NCBI GenBank assembly: GCA_030141605.1
Contig: JAQGDQ010000970.1
Coordinates: 10,541 to 74,540, forward strand
Direction: 5' to 3'
DNA length: 64,000 bases
Source: Tubiluchus corallicola
Taxonomy: Eukaryota > Animalia > Priapulida
Made by a program: the position numbers and the translations under genes. The notes beneath the pieces are model-generated. The model worked only from the letters and a program-made list of their open reading frames with translations. It searched no databases and was not told the DNA's origin. Of this stretch, positions 14,051 to 40,350 are shown one piece after another (within the stretch, counting starts at the first letter, position 1; the number at the start of each line of letters is the position of its first letter).

Positions 14051-15904
14051 GTAAGTAAAAAATTTTAGCAAGAAATGTTATCGTTTTCACAACACTCTAA
14101 CATACCTTGACGGCTGAGCACCAGCAGACTTTGAATTCAAACTCGCGAAATGTCACACGATTATTACCAGCGTTTGGGTTTACATTGTGTCCAGTCAAAT
14201 GCAATGCGAATTGGCTTCATCTGTTTTATGACTGTTTGCAAACACGTGAAGCCTGACCCAATCAGTTTCTCTCGTGTACAGTGGATAGCGCATGATCTCC
14301 TCATTCCTTCTGCCTGATTTAGATGCGTTCAATATTGTTCTTTTTTAATGTCACTATGGTTGCAGTTACGCCCCACCTGTACGTTGTTTTGTATATAATA
14401 ATTGCTATGAATTTTATCTGTCATAAAACATCGATCTACGTTTTAAATTTTTTGGCGAAGTCAAGGACCTTTTGGCGAACTTTTGTGTTATGGGACACGT
14501 ATAACACTTAGGATCAAACTTGAAGTTGCATGAAAATGTGATATTTGCATTTTTGTAACTAGCGGATTTACGTTGGTATTTATATAGCATGGAATGATTA
14601 CGTAACAAACAGACACTTTTCCACATGAAGCATCAAATTCCGTTGTCCCTGGCCCAGCCATCACGCTCTGCAAATGGAAACACCCTAAGTATGGCCTTCG
14701 GGAATCGCCATAACAAACATTTGTGATCTCTAATAACCCTAACACTAAGTAGTTATTGCTTTTGGTCTAAGATAAAAGACCAGCTTATCAGCAGGTAATA
14801 TGCATAAAGCAGTTGCAGATGGGAAATAGATGTTATGTAGTAAATGTGTGACTTAATTTAGAACTTATAATTAACCAGTTTTTGAAAAATTCATGCTTTA
14901 ATAGCAAAAATTTGTACATCGAAATGTCAATTTGCTTTAATTACATGTACTTTCAATTCCATTTATCATTAAATTGAATTTCTGCTCTCAACTGGCGCCC
15001 TAAAGACTAGAAATGTATTATAGAGAGTTCCAATAGCACTAACACTAATAAGTTTTGTCATATGATTTTGTCTTGATCAGCATATTTCTACTGCATTATT
15101 TCTTTTGAACGTTGTAATTTGTCAACCAATCCCCGCAGACTCCAAGGCCAGCCTAAACAAGGAGTTTCTGAGAATCAGTGTCCCATGATTCATTTGCTTA
15201 CTCATAAAAGCCGAGAGCAGTAATCCGACGGGAATTCAGCAAACTATCTGTGTCACTTGATGATTAATCAATCGCATGTAAGAGAGGATAAGTGAACCCA
15301 GTTCGAACAAACGCCTGCAAAATGATGTCACATAATGGACGTTACGTCATTTTGTAATTTGACCACATTAACGCAGCCGGTTTTAACGATATTATGCTAT
15401 TAACATAATTAGCTTATTTTTTATTATTGAAATCACGAAAAGGGTTGAATGGTCATCAAAAAGGGCATGTGAACAAATCGCACGTGTTCTGTAAGCAAAC
15501 TTCCTCATTTTTAAAAAGATAATTTTGCGACCTCAATTTTATGTAATGCAAGATGTTCCAGAAGAAACAGTGCAGTCGAACTATGAAATGTGGTTAATTG
15601 GTTGTACAAAATATACCCCGTAGACTGTACAAAAATCATTTTGTACGGTAGGAAAGTTGGAATCATGCAAATAATATAGCTATGAAAGTTAAGTTACGCA
15701 AAAATATTTATAACGCACATGCTAACATTTCTTTGTGGTCCACTGTAAAGTTTGATCAGCGTATTTCTACAGTGCATTACCACTTCTGGAACATGATGTA
15801 CGGAATTGCAGTCACAAAATCAGACGATTTTCAGATTTCGTTGCTAGAGCCCATGCATCAAGGATGTTCATTTCACATAAAACTGGGCGGTCAGTCTTTT
15901 ATTT

Positions 15905-16170
15905 CGCGCTCAGACGTAGAAATTTTTCTCGCAACTTGTTGCACAACTTTTCTCGCAACTTGTTGCACAACTTTTCTCTGAGAATAAAATTGCACGCGTG
16001 AAAGGCTTGACAACTTCTCTTGCAACTTGTTGCAAACTCAGCGAGAATGGCTGAGAGTTGGCTTGCGCAATAAGTTGCGAGAGAAGTTGCTAAGCCTTTC
16101 ACACATGCAACTTTACTCTCACAGAGGTTATGCATCTAGCTGTGAGCGAAGTCTATACATCTGAACGCGC
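15905..16170. mobile_element. Palindromic MITE (PIF/Harbinger-like), copy 1
   Basis: Ends gcgctcagacgtaga ... tctatacatctgaacgcgc; internal repeats ctcgcaacttgttgcacaactttt; shares aagcc-ttcacac-tgc-a-tttactctca with the element at 27577-27777. Confidence 0.7.
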
Positions 16171-19100
16171 TATTACGTGAGCTCAAGTATTCAATACCTC
16201 TACTAATTGTATTCAGACGATTTTACACAGAGATCAAGAAAAGCGCTGTAAGCTCTTTCAGCGGGGTTCGGGTCAGAGATGCTGAAATTGACGCATTTTT
16301 TGCATTTTAGACAGTTCTGAGCCTTTTTGGAAAAAATATTATATATCAATGTGCACTGTGTTGCAGTGTTACATTTGCATTTGTTTTTCGAAGTCGTCTG
16401 TTGGAAGCTAGCTTAATTATAATCATTATGAATAATCTAAAACCAGGTGAATCACGGTTGTCATCGGGCCATTAACTTTGTAACTGCCTAAATGCGTGTA
16501 TGAGTGTATAAAATAAATAGTAAACCAGGGAACGGTTCCCTCGGGAAAACCTGTTAGGTGCGTTAAATGCTGGTAACAAGTTTTTCCTCGCAGAGGTTTT
16601 CCCCTCAGATTAAGCACTTATATATAGTACGAAACTGTGTACATATAAATAGAAAAATTAATACTAACATTTATGATTGTACTTCAACGTGACGTTTAAC
16701 ATTATTATAATTCTATTTAATAAGTCGTCTAACATTGTAAAAAATATGCAAATATTACTTGCATCATGATGTTTTAATTCATAGTTCTTTGCTTTTATTT
16801 TCGCAGCTAGAAACTACACTAAGGATCTACAAACACCAATTTCTTCCCAATAATACATTTTCGTGACCCTCATTTAGAGATAAAAACTTTCAGTCTGCTA
16901 CATTAAAATTCCGACATATCGAGAGCAACAAAATTACTAAAATAACCATCAAAAATTTTAGGATCACGACGTGATACCAAAAGTGAGTTTAAGCAATGTT
17001 CGCAGTCCTTCAAACATAATGCAGTTTTGTTAATTTAATTAGTACAGAAAATATAACACAAAAATCGGTATTAACAAAGTTTCGTTTGTACCATTTAATA
17101 AACTTTACAGGTCTAAACGTTAGACGTCGTGTCCCAGCAGACTTTTAGGCCGTTTTATTTTAGCAAAAGCTGGAAACTTGCATGTTAATTATAGTCTAGT
17201 TTTTAACAAGAAACGTTAAAATTTTTCAGTATTATTTTACGTAAGACCTTTTGAAAGTAAAATTGTGCAAGCTTGTAGAGCTACATGCACTTGTAGTTTT
17301 AAGAAACTTACGTGGCTCGCGAGCCGATGTCTGACTACTACTTGTGTATAGTTTGCAATTTCTACAAAATTAATGGAAATTATGAGTAATACTCTGAAAG
17401 ACTCAGTAATTGCTCAGTTTAGAGTAATCACTAAGTCTACTTCTAAACTAGAAATATAAATATTTTGCGAATGTAGATGCCTGTTTACAATATGCATATA
17501 ACGAATGTGTGCACGAATATCACTGTTGCATTAATGAAACAAAAAATCGTTTGTAAGATAAAATAGATTAAAAATTTATAATTTACTTAAATATGTTAAT
17601 TGTTTTGTGCTAAACAAGAAAGAAATGATTAAGCTTTTAAATTTTACGTGAATTCTCACGAAAATGGACCATGTAGTATTTTTGTCAATCGGCAAATTTC
17701 CCCGTGAGGAGGACGCATAACTTCTAGCTGCCGAAGAACTCCTCACGAGGAATTCCAAGAGGAAAATTCCTCATAAGGTGTTTGCGCGAAATTACTCGAA
17801 CAGCTAGAGCGTGGTACAAATAAAAACTGTAATTATTGTGAATTATTATTATTGTCTATTGACGTTCAAACATGAAAATTATGATGCAAAACTGTGGCTG
17901 CCCAGATTATGGTAATTTCGAAATTAATGGTACATATTTTAAATGTGAGTTTGTAGCATACACATACGCGTGTCACTTCTATTTAAGGACGACTACAAAC
18001 ATTCGTTTCCTCTCAGGTGACAAAAACAAAAGAAAAAGATTTTATCTGTCTATTATATTTTATATTTGTATTTAATATTTATTCGCAACTTTTTGTACAC
18101 AAATGCAAAAAAGCAATACGTGTTAACAAATTAAACAGATTAGTCAATTAATAAAGTGTAAAGCATTATTTTAAGTCATCACTACTGAAACCATTTATAA
18201 GTCGTTCACCATAAATAGTCCAATATAACTTCTTGCAAATAAAATCAATACTGGTAAATTGATGTTGTTTCATCGAATTTACACAAATACCGTTTGTACC
18301 TAGTGTACTGAGTTTGGAATATTGATTTAAAACGGCAAAACTAGCTAAAAATACATTGGCTTTCCAGTTCATGATAGCTCAGTGTGAGTTAACAGCTGGA
18401 TTTTCACGTTAATTCTGCTAACTGTGATTTCACATGTATGGCGGACGTGGAGTTTGTTTAGACCGCCTCTTACAAGTTTTCCAACAGTTTTATAATGATC
18501 TGGTACTCGGTGAATTATTGTATCTTTTAAACGCCCTAACTAACAAAACAATTTTTCGAGGGTGAACTCAAGTGGATAGATGCACAAGCGCAAAGCAACA
18601 ACAAAAAATCATCTAAATAAAAGAAAGCCAAAAATTTAAACTGTTTATCAAGTGAAAGAAATTTTACGAAAAGTAAAAATGATGTAAAAATTTTGTTTTT
18701 CAACCGCAAGATAATAATAGTGTGCGCTAGAAACTGAGAGACTCGGTCAAAAAGCTTGTGGAGTGAAACCAGTTCAAAAGTACAACAGTTGAACCTGCGA
18801 TTAACATCTTACTTAATTTATCTAACGAACATCTTTTTAGTCTTTTCTAACAAACGAATTTGTTGAACAATGATGAGGTCATCGACTCGTAAAAGAAAGA
18901 CATATTTGAGTGCAGTATGTAAACCGTTAGCAGGGGTTTAGATCCTCGAATTAAAACCATGAATCATCACCGAAGTTGGCACCAAAATTCGGTCTGTCAA
19001 TCCAAGCCAAAAGTCCCTGGTAGTACAAGTACATTTTTCGAGGAAACCCAAAAATTTCGTGGGAATGGAGAGGTAGATGATTTTTCGATTGGATAGCATT

Positions 19101-20349
19101 TTTTGTATATATTGTGTATTAACGAGCTAACGAGCTTAAAGGTGCCCTTAAAGAAGTGTAAACTTTCTGGTACATGTATATTGAAATATCTACAGCGGCA
19201 AGACGAAAAATGATCAATTACTAAAATGGAAAGTTTTAAAGCACCAATTAAAACAGTTTAAATTTACCAGCTTGCTGTCAAGTGATTTCCCGATTATCTT
19301 TGGCGTATGTAAAATGCTAATAGATAGTTGTATAGAAATGCTGCGCAGTTTAAAAGAAATTTGCTATTCGTTTAATTTCCATTCTTTTAACTATAATTGC
19401 TGTTCTTAGTTTCTTTATTTTCTATTTACAATGTACAATTACAATAGAAAGAAGAATAAACGGTTGTATGTATCTCTCACCCATGTAGGTACTATTGTGC
19501 TGTTTGTGGCAATTATCACGAAATCTATCAGTCAATCACTAATGCTGGAACTAAAGCTAATTCATAGTTAACCGTGCGAACGCCCCAAAAATGCGGACAC
19601 GAGTTTAGATTATATTGGAACTATAGCACTTTGCAACTGATAATCTGTTTACTAGACGTCACAAATGCATTTAGCTGGTATGTTACGGGCCGCCTGTTTT
19701 TTAAAAAAGTACTTTTTCCGTGCAGCAACGTTGCCAACAGCATATTTTGCTCAATTTAGTGTCAACAAGTACCGCCTTTTTTATACGCTTATATTCCTGT
19801 AAACTATGATAATGGATAAACAGGTACGTCTTTATGCATTAAAATAAACAACTAGATCGTTCCTGTTGGACATCTACGTACCGCACGTTGTGAGAAAATG
19901 ATGTCATTAGGAATATTTTAATTGGTTAGCGTAGCTTGTGCGCGATTTATAAATGCACCATGTCAGCGTTTCACACAACGCTGCATACGTGTTGTAAAAT
20001 ACTTAGTTTGTAGTAAAAGTTAACACTCTCGACATAACCGAATATTTCCATTTTCCTAGTTCTGTGAAATATTTTGGTGTTGTACCACAGGTGCGATGGC
20101 AGTACAAAACAAATAATTGTTTCTGGACTGGGCATCTTAAGTTCATAGCTACTACTCATGAAGCTTCAAAATCGTAGAAATAACATTAAATGTTAAACAT
20201 TCGTTGCTACAGTATATATTGACGTCGTTGCACGCATCACTTATCTTACATTATCTATCAATATTGAAATATTATATAGTGAAATAATTACTCATCACGG
20301 TTTTTGAATTGTATATATTACGAAAACGTGTAGAACTTTAATGTTTGCC

Positions 20350-20585
20350 CCTTTGAAAGAACTTGTATATGTCAAAGGACCACCAGTCAAAGGACCACAG
20401 GCGAAGGAACTTCAGATAAAGGATCATTGGTTAAAGGACCACTACGGACAAAGGCTCAACCGTGGTCCTGAGTCTATCCTCCGACAAGTGGTCCTTTGAC
20501 TAGTGGTTCTTTGTCCGAGGTGGTCTCTTGACTGGTGGTCCTTTAACTGGTGTCTTTTCACTGATATCCCGTTGTTCTTTAATTG
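20350..20585. mobile_element. Foldback-type MITE made of ~15-bp units
   Basis: Left arm (gtcaaaggaccacca)n mirrored by right arm (tggtcctttgactag)n. Confidence 0.7.
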
Positions 20586-20870
20586 ATCGCCCATCCAAAG
20601 AAGGTGCTACTCCACTCTTTAAGCAACTCAGATTTTTAAATATTCATCATATTAGTAACATTCAGGCAGTTGTATTTAAGTACAAATTTCACTATAATTT
20701 GCTTTTGCCATTGTTTGTTTTTTTTGTTTTGGTTGGTTGTGGTGTGTTTTTGTTTGTTGTTGTGTTTTGGTTTTTTTTTGTGGCCCCAATAATATGGAGT
20801 GAAATAAAATCAGCAATCTGTACCTTAACTAACGTTTCTAGATCTAAAAATGAATATAAGTGAATATAAA
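20586..20870 (+). mobile_element. Decayed 3' end of a CR1/L2-group LINE ORF2
   Basis: Translates to TPLFKQLRFLNIHHISNIQAVVFKYKFHYNLL...APIIWSEIK...SKNEYK, resembling the post-RT tail PLFK-L-IL-I...FMYK...GP-IWN of invertebrate non-LTR elements. Confidence 0.6.
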
Positions 20871-21129
20871 CGAATGTACAAATGAAACTACTACTAAATA
20901 ATTGTGTGTGATAGCGTCGCGTTATTTTAATTACCCTCTTTCTGTGGCAAGATGTTTTTTTTATTTATTGTTCAGTAACTGACTAGTTGTTGACTGTTCA
21001 TTCGGTAGTCCTCAATATGTCTTGCATTTACATTGACTGTCTCAGTATTTATTTTTATTTTATTCTTAGGTTTGCAATAATGTTAACGTACTTGTAATAT
21101 TATTTTACTAATAAACTTACCCGCCTGTC

Positions 21130-21715
21130 CGCCTGCTTGCACCCTGCCGCCCTGCCTGCCTGCCTGCCTGCCTATCTACCTACCTACCTACCTACCTACC
21201 TACCTACCTACCTACCTACCTACCTACCTACCTACCTACCTACCTACCTACCTACCTACCTACCTACCTACTTACCTACCTACTTACCTACCTACCTACC
21301 TACCTACCTACCTACCTACCTACCTACCTACCTCACCTACCTGCCTACCTACCTACCTACCTACCTACCTGCCTACCTACCTACCTACCTACACATACAT
21401 ACATACATACATACATACATACATACATACATACATACATACATACATACATACATACATACATACATACATACATACATACATACATACATACATACAT
21501 ACATACATACATACATACATACATACATACATACATACATACATACTTACTTACCTACCTACTTACCTATCTACCTACCTACCTACCTACCTACCTAGTT
21601 ATCTACTACCTATTTATTCAGCTACTTACTTGCTTACTAATATACTTACGTTCTTACTTACTTACCTGCTTGCTTGTTTGCTTGTTTGCTTACTTGCTTA
21701 CTTACTGACCTACTT
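21130..21715. repeat. Compound (CCTG)n(CCTA)n(CATA)n(CTTA)n microsatellite
   Basis: Directly visible. Confidence 0.97.
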
Positions 21716-23920
21716 TGAGACCATGACAAAAAAACGTTTGTAACCTGCTTTTACATTGTTTTCTAGTTCATTTTGACGGACCAGTGCATTAATCCAATAG
21801 GGTAAAATTTAGCTATGCAGAACTTTTAGTATGAAATGATTTTTATCTGCGTGAATAGTTTAAATCCCTGGTTTTGCACACTTTTTACACAGCTTTCAGC
21901 TTTAATTAAATACTGCAGTTTTATGTATTTTTGTGGTAATTCAGAAGTGTACTTAATGTCGATTTTCATATAGCCCTTAAGATTTTGAAAGTGCCGCCAT
22001 TTTGCAGAGCTTTGATAATGGCGTTCATGTCATGTTGTCATTGGTTTTCTCTTCATTGACTTTTGGGTTCTGATGGGTCAAATGGGTGATATCAACATAA
22101 TATCGTTATCGTTAGTGATTTATTTTGTGAATATTTTCTTGAACTATGCTGAGACGTTTTATGAAAGATGCCGCATATTTAGAAAAAAAAGACACACAGC
22201 CTAGTTCTGCTAAAATCACTTTGGGGCTGCCATATGAGGCCCTTGCGATTTATTTATATTTTTTTCTCTATATCTGTGCACTCAATTATTGTAAATATTC
22301 TAATACTGAGCAACCATACTTTAGCAGCTCGCTGGTTACAGTGATGCATAGCTGCATAATTACTGCATGATCCCATAAATGGGAATGCAACGCCTATGAA
22401 GCCCAGCTGGTAATTAACACCGTAACACAGACAGTAAGCTTTATGATCCTCAGTAACGTCTAACTCAGTTAAGAATTATTTAATGAGTCAAACAAACGAA
22501 AGTCCGTTCTAAACTTTTTGCGCATGAGATTCGGGACTATTTCACAAGGTGAGTGATTTTAAGAGCCAATTTTTATGATTGCTTTCAGTCTGACAATAGG
22601 CTTTGTAGGTAATACGCCCAGACCGTCTCTTTGTGCTTAACATCTTTTTAAAAACATATCTGTTATTGTTAAAGTAAGCTCTAAACTTCATAAATAAATT
22701 CTGTCATTTGATGATACCAAATGCTCGCCATTTGCAGCAACCACGAGGATTATTATAATTAAGACACACTGGGTTGAATTCAATTTACTTCTTTGTTTAT
22801 TATTCAATAGCCAAATGGTCAGATTCAAACCTAAAAAATACCAAAAATCTCAATTACAATTGCCAAAAAAGTATAAAATTCTATATAATTAAAGCTTAAC
22901 AAAATGTTTCAGTGATAAAAATGTTAATTAAATTAACTAAACTGTCAAATTATTAGTCGCAATTCAACTTGAACAGTCGGCAAAATTTAACTATAATTAC
23001 TGTAAAACTGGTAGAATAAATTTCTTGGTAAAATCGTTCATTGACCACCCATCGAACTTATGACCGTACAGCAAAGTAAGGAAGCTAGCAATTTTGCACA
23101 GAATTTAATGTGTTGTCGTTAATTGCCACTAACCAAAACAAAGCAGACAATATTAGAAATTATCACCTCAATTCTAAATGACTGATCTGTAAAGTAACCA
23201 CATTTTATCAGTAACCCAATAACCAAATTAAACGCAATAAATTACTAAAAATTAACAGTACGTTAAACTAAGCTAAAGCTAAACTAAATATCTGGATAAA
23301 TTACTTCTATTGAAATGTCATTAATACAAGTTAAGCAGTAAAATATAACACTTTTGATTTTCTATCATTTAGATAGCTTCCCAAGAAAAGTTAGGGTCAA
23401 CAATTAACCTAAAATTAACGACCAAAATTATAACATACCGACAGTCTGTCGCAAAGTTAGGCCACTCCTGATCTCACTATAGGCGCTTACAGAAGCTATA
23501 AGAAATGTTTTATGGCTGGATTCACTACCTAAGGCTTCAGCAAATGAAATGAGTCAACAGTTAATCGACACTGTGGCAGTGATGCAAATTCTTCTTTTGT
23601 TCTTCACCTGACGATCTATACCTGCAATACTAATCGATGCTTAACAGTATTTTTGGAATTTTTACATTGGTATTATTGTTCATTGAGAAAGCAAAATATC
23701 CGCATTCGAGAAACAGCACCTCTGTTATGCGTATCATGAGTGGGAACGCTATCCCTATTAATTTATACGAATGTCAATCTTATTTGAAGCTTTTGTTCAT
23801 GTGGCTTCTTGGATTAAGTAATAATATGCATAATCAATTACCACTTTCCACATAACTTTCAATAAAATAAACTGATGACGTTTGGTCAATATTAAAAATT
23901 ATCGTGTTAAATTCTTGCAG

Positions 23921-36835
<12,915 letters not shown>

Positions 36836-38778
36836 CACTTTGTCGACTTGCCCACCGTCAGTGTTGTCAAACAATGCTGGCAAAAGATAGGATAATTTTG
36901 TTCCCCATTTAGAAAGTGAACTGAGAATGTCAAACAATGGTGACTGTGCTGGTGTAGCTGAGAGAGAAAGTCAAATTAGTGTTGTTAGAAACTTGCAACA
37001 GAGTTGAAAATGCAAACCATTCCTATGACCTACTTAGCCTGCATCCTTTACTGAATCTTCTTGTGTATAATGGTCTCCTGATGCTTTATCTGCAACTGAA
37101 TATGAGCACCAAGGTATGGACGCTACACAGTAACTTTAATACGATAACACTTCAGCACAGTGCGACCGGAATTCAGCACTCATCAGTTGTGAGACTGGAA
37201 GATTACTCACTATCGTGGTCGTCAAGAGATGAGAAAGTGAAGTGATGTAGTGCTTCATTAGTGCCTCCGACAAATAAAAACATGCTTAAAACTGCTGTCT
37301 CAACAAACAGAGTTGCAGATTTGTAAAAGCAACTTAATGTGTAGTATTGATTTAAAACTGAATGATGAATCGAATGGCAAATCTTATTGTGATGGTCATC
37401 GAAATCTCATGCCTATTCCATCAAGCAAGCTCGTCATGCCGCTAAATTAGAAAACGTATGTGTTTCATTAAACTAAAGAAGACCAGCTTTCAAATCTGAA
37501 TGCTGAAAAGGAAGAAAGCATCTTTTTCAATATTTTGCCTTCACCCCACAAGTCATCAGATCCACGTATGTTATTCACGTGAGTGGAAATCAGTCTGCTG
37601 AACTTACAATAGAGTAATGATACAGTTTTTGAGCAAGTTCAGCAAGATCTACTAAAAAGTGCTCGCTTAACAGGCTCCAACTTTCAACACTTTTGATAAT
37701 GTCACTAAGTGTTTTTAACATTTGAAAAAAATCAGGAAAACCAGAAATGCCTGCCAGTTAAAGCGCTTGGAAACTAAAGAAAAGTAAAGCCTCGCACAAC
37801 TTTTAAATGAAAGTTGCAGTGATCCTGCTATATGTGTATTAATTAAAATGAGTAAAATTTTTATTTCATTTTGCCAAAAAATAAACTGATGCTTTAGGTA
37901 ATCATACAGCACAACAGTATCTTAAACAAGGTTTGTTTTTATTTCATTCTGTATCAAAATAACAAACAATTGAAAATGTAAATAGATGTCATTAAAGTTA
38001 ATATTTTATGAATTAAGTTATTTTATTTTATGAAACTCTACCACAAACAAATCTTTCATTGTAAATGACGCAGTGTTTGGTTTTATGAGTTTTTTCTGGT
38101 AGGATTTCTGTTTACTGGTTTTCGCTCTGTAGGAACTACAGAAATTCGCATTTTGGTTTTTATCCCTAGTTAAAATGATCTTTTGCATTTGTTTCAATAT
38201 TTTTTTGCTTGATATGATGTGATAATGTTTTTAATTCTACAGAAAGTTTTACGTTTTTTCTAAACATATTAATGCTCATAATATGTACTTGAATTTGTAC
38301 TAGTACTTGTACAGATATCTGACAGTTGGTGAGTTAATGTTTTTCACTAGTAATCTGTTGGAATGTTGTCGTATTACTGCGTTGTTTAGTTTTTTTTGCC
38401 ATTATTTGCCAGCTTTTGACCGTAATATGGTGTTTATTGTTTTAGTTTTGTGATTCGTTTTCTAATTTTTGGTTTCTGAGCCAAACACCGAAGCTAATGA
38501 AAACTTTTATTTCAAGACATGATTTATTTATTATAGTCTGATTGTGACAGAGCAGTGATGAAAATCGTAATTACAGTTCAGCCTTTTCGTGCCCAATAGT
38601 CGTTTTATAAGTACGTATAAGATAATTTATTTCTTTTTACCATGTTCATCTTGCTATGTGCGAACAACTTCTGTTCTCACTCAGCTCTATTCTCCACTGT
38701 TTTTGACACGTCTAAGAAGTCACCATTATACTTCATGGTGAAATGACCAATAGCATATGTACTAAATTCCGTTAACCC

Positions 38779-38813
38779 CAAGGCCCTTTCAAAAGACTTC
38801 TGAGAGGGCTTTG
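38779..38813. mobile_element. 35-bp palindromic micro-insertion with 8-bp TSD
   Basis: caaggccctttcaaaagacttctgagagggctttg flanked by gttaaccc / gttagccc. Confidence 0.55.
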
Positions 38814-39077
38814 GTTAGCCCCAGCGACCGATGGGGGCAACTAAAAATAGGCTTTTCTCAAACAGGAAAAATGTCTCCTCTTGCGTTACTTTTATACGCT
38901 AATTATTTCATTCTTGTAGCATACATAAAGCTTTCAAGAAAATCGAAATTTTCTTAACAGACTATACCCGCTCTGTCCACAGTTTAAATGATGGTATGCA
39001 AAATGCAAACTGCGCTCTGGGAGGTGGTGGCATTAGAAGTATTATTAGCCACGCCTACAAGCTCCGCCTCCTTTGAC

Positions 39078-39193
<116 letters not shown>

Positions 39194-39389
39194 GATGTGG
39201 CATAAGCACATGCGCTAGATTTGCGGAAAAAGTGTGTCGTACATGTACAGCCCAAGTAGGGCATTGACAATTTCTCTCATTCTTTTACTTTACATCGACA
39301 TTTTTGCCGAATTTTTAAAAATTCTGTGGAAGTTTCTATACCGTGGATACACACGATCCTCTTCGCCAAATCAATGAGCAAATTGACAT

Positions 39390-40138
39390 CAATAAAAAGT
39401 GCCAGTTTGCAAGATTAAAAACATTAAAAACTTAAAAACAAGTATTTTGTTCACATTGCTCGTGTATCACGTGAAACGGATCACCTGTCTGTGAAGCGAC
39501 ACAAAATAAAAAATGATACCTTAACATAGTTACCTTAACAAAATGTTGGAACCGCCTATAAAGCTGGCTTATTTCACTTCAAAAAGATTAATCTCTAGGC
39601 CAAGTATTGCTCGTTCGACTAGATCTGAAACAGATGTGTAATAAATCATTCAAAATATATATTGAAATTTTCAATCATTATTGTTAAATAAATAAGAACA
39701 ATGGACGCTGCCACTACGGTTAACGAGTCATAGTGACCCGTTTCGAGTATTAAAGGCAATAAAAAGTGCCAGTTTGCAAGATTAAAAACATTAAAAACTT
39801 AAAAACAAGTATTTTGTTCACATTGCTCGTGTATCATGTGAAACGGATCACCTGTCTGTGAAGCGACACAAAATAAAAAATGATACCTTAACATAGTTAC
39901 CTTAACAAAATGTTGGAACCGCCTATAAAGCTGGCTTATTTCACTTCAAAAAGATTAATCTCTAGGCCAAGTATTGCTCGTTCGACTAGATCTGAAACAG
40001 ATGTGTAATAAATCATTCAAAATATATATTGAAATTTTCAATCATTATTGTTAAATAAATAAGAACAATGGACGCTGCCACTACGGTTAACGAGTCATAG
40101 TGACCCGTTTCTAGTGACCCGTTTCGAGTATTAAAGGC
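39390..40138 (+). repeat. Near-perfect 367-bp tandem duplication
   Basis: Unit starts caataaaaagtgccagtttg at 39390 and 39757. One visible substitution (cacgtg/catgtg) and a 14-bp internal duplication (tagtgacccgtttc) in copy 2. Confidence 0.95.
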
Positions 40139-40139
40139 A

Positions 40140-40350
40140 TTGATACTCCGTTCACTAACAATAAGCTATTACATGACCGGGGATTTAAACACCAGAACCT
40201 ATAATTTAAAACAAATCCCTACAACTAACAAATATGGTAGAAACTCAGTTTCTAAACTAGCAATATATCAGTGGAGTAACCGAGCAAAAAAGAGTATAGT
40301 ACATTACAGGCATTTAAATATAAACTTAAAAATCGTTTACTAATCAGATA
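40140..40350 (+). mobile_element. Decayed LINE (CR1/L2-group) 3' remnant
   Basis: NTRTYNLKQIPTTNKYGRNSVSKLAIYQWS resembles the NTR...T-YG-NS....WN tail of non-LTR ORF2. Confidence 0.55.

Noticed and set aside
15920-15980. Short direct repeats resembling CRISPR repeats (also 20372-20560 and 30065-30180)
   Set aside because: No unique spacers, eukaryotic context, and they are internal repeats of MITEs.
17872-18075. MKIMMQNCGCPDYG ORF as first exon of pentraxin A
   Set aside because: No signal-peptide character, no similarity to gene B or C exon 1, and no compatible downstream exon found.
21137-21598. (LPTY)n/(IHTY)n ORF
   Set aside because: Tetranucleotide microsatellite.
23637-23855. ORF with YPHSRNSTS...NAIPINL, faintly similar to gene B exon 4 (YPSRSTN...NIITTNL)
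   Set aside because: No in-phase donor, lacks the conserved Cys before WVKT, and the similarity is within chance.
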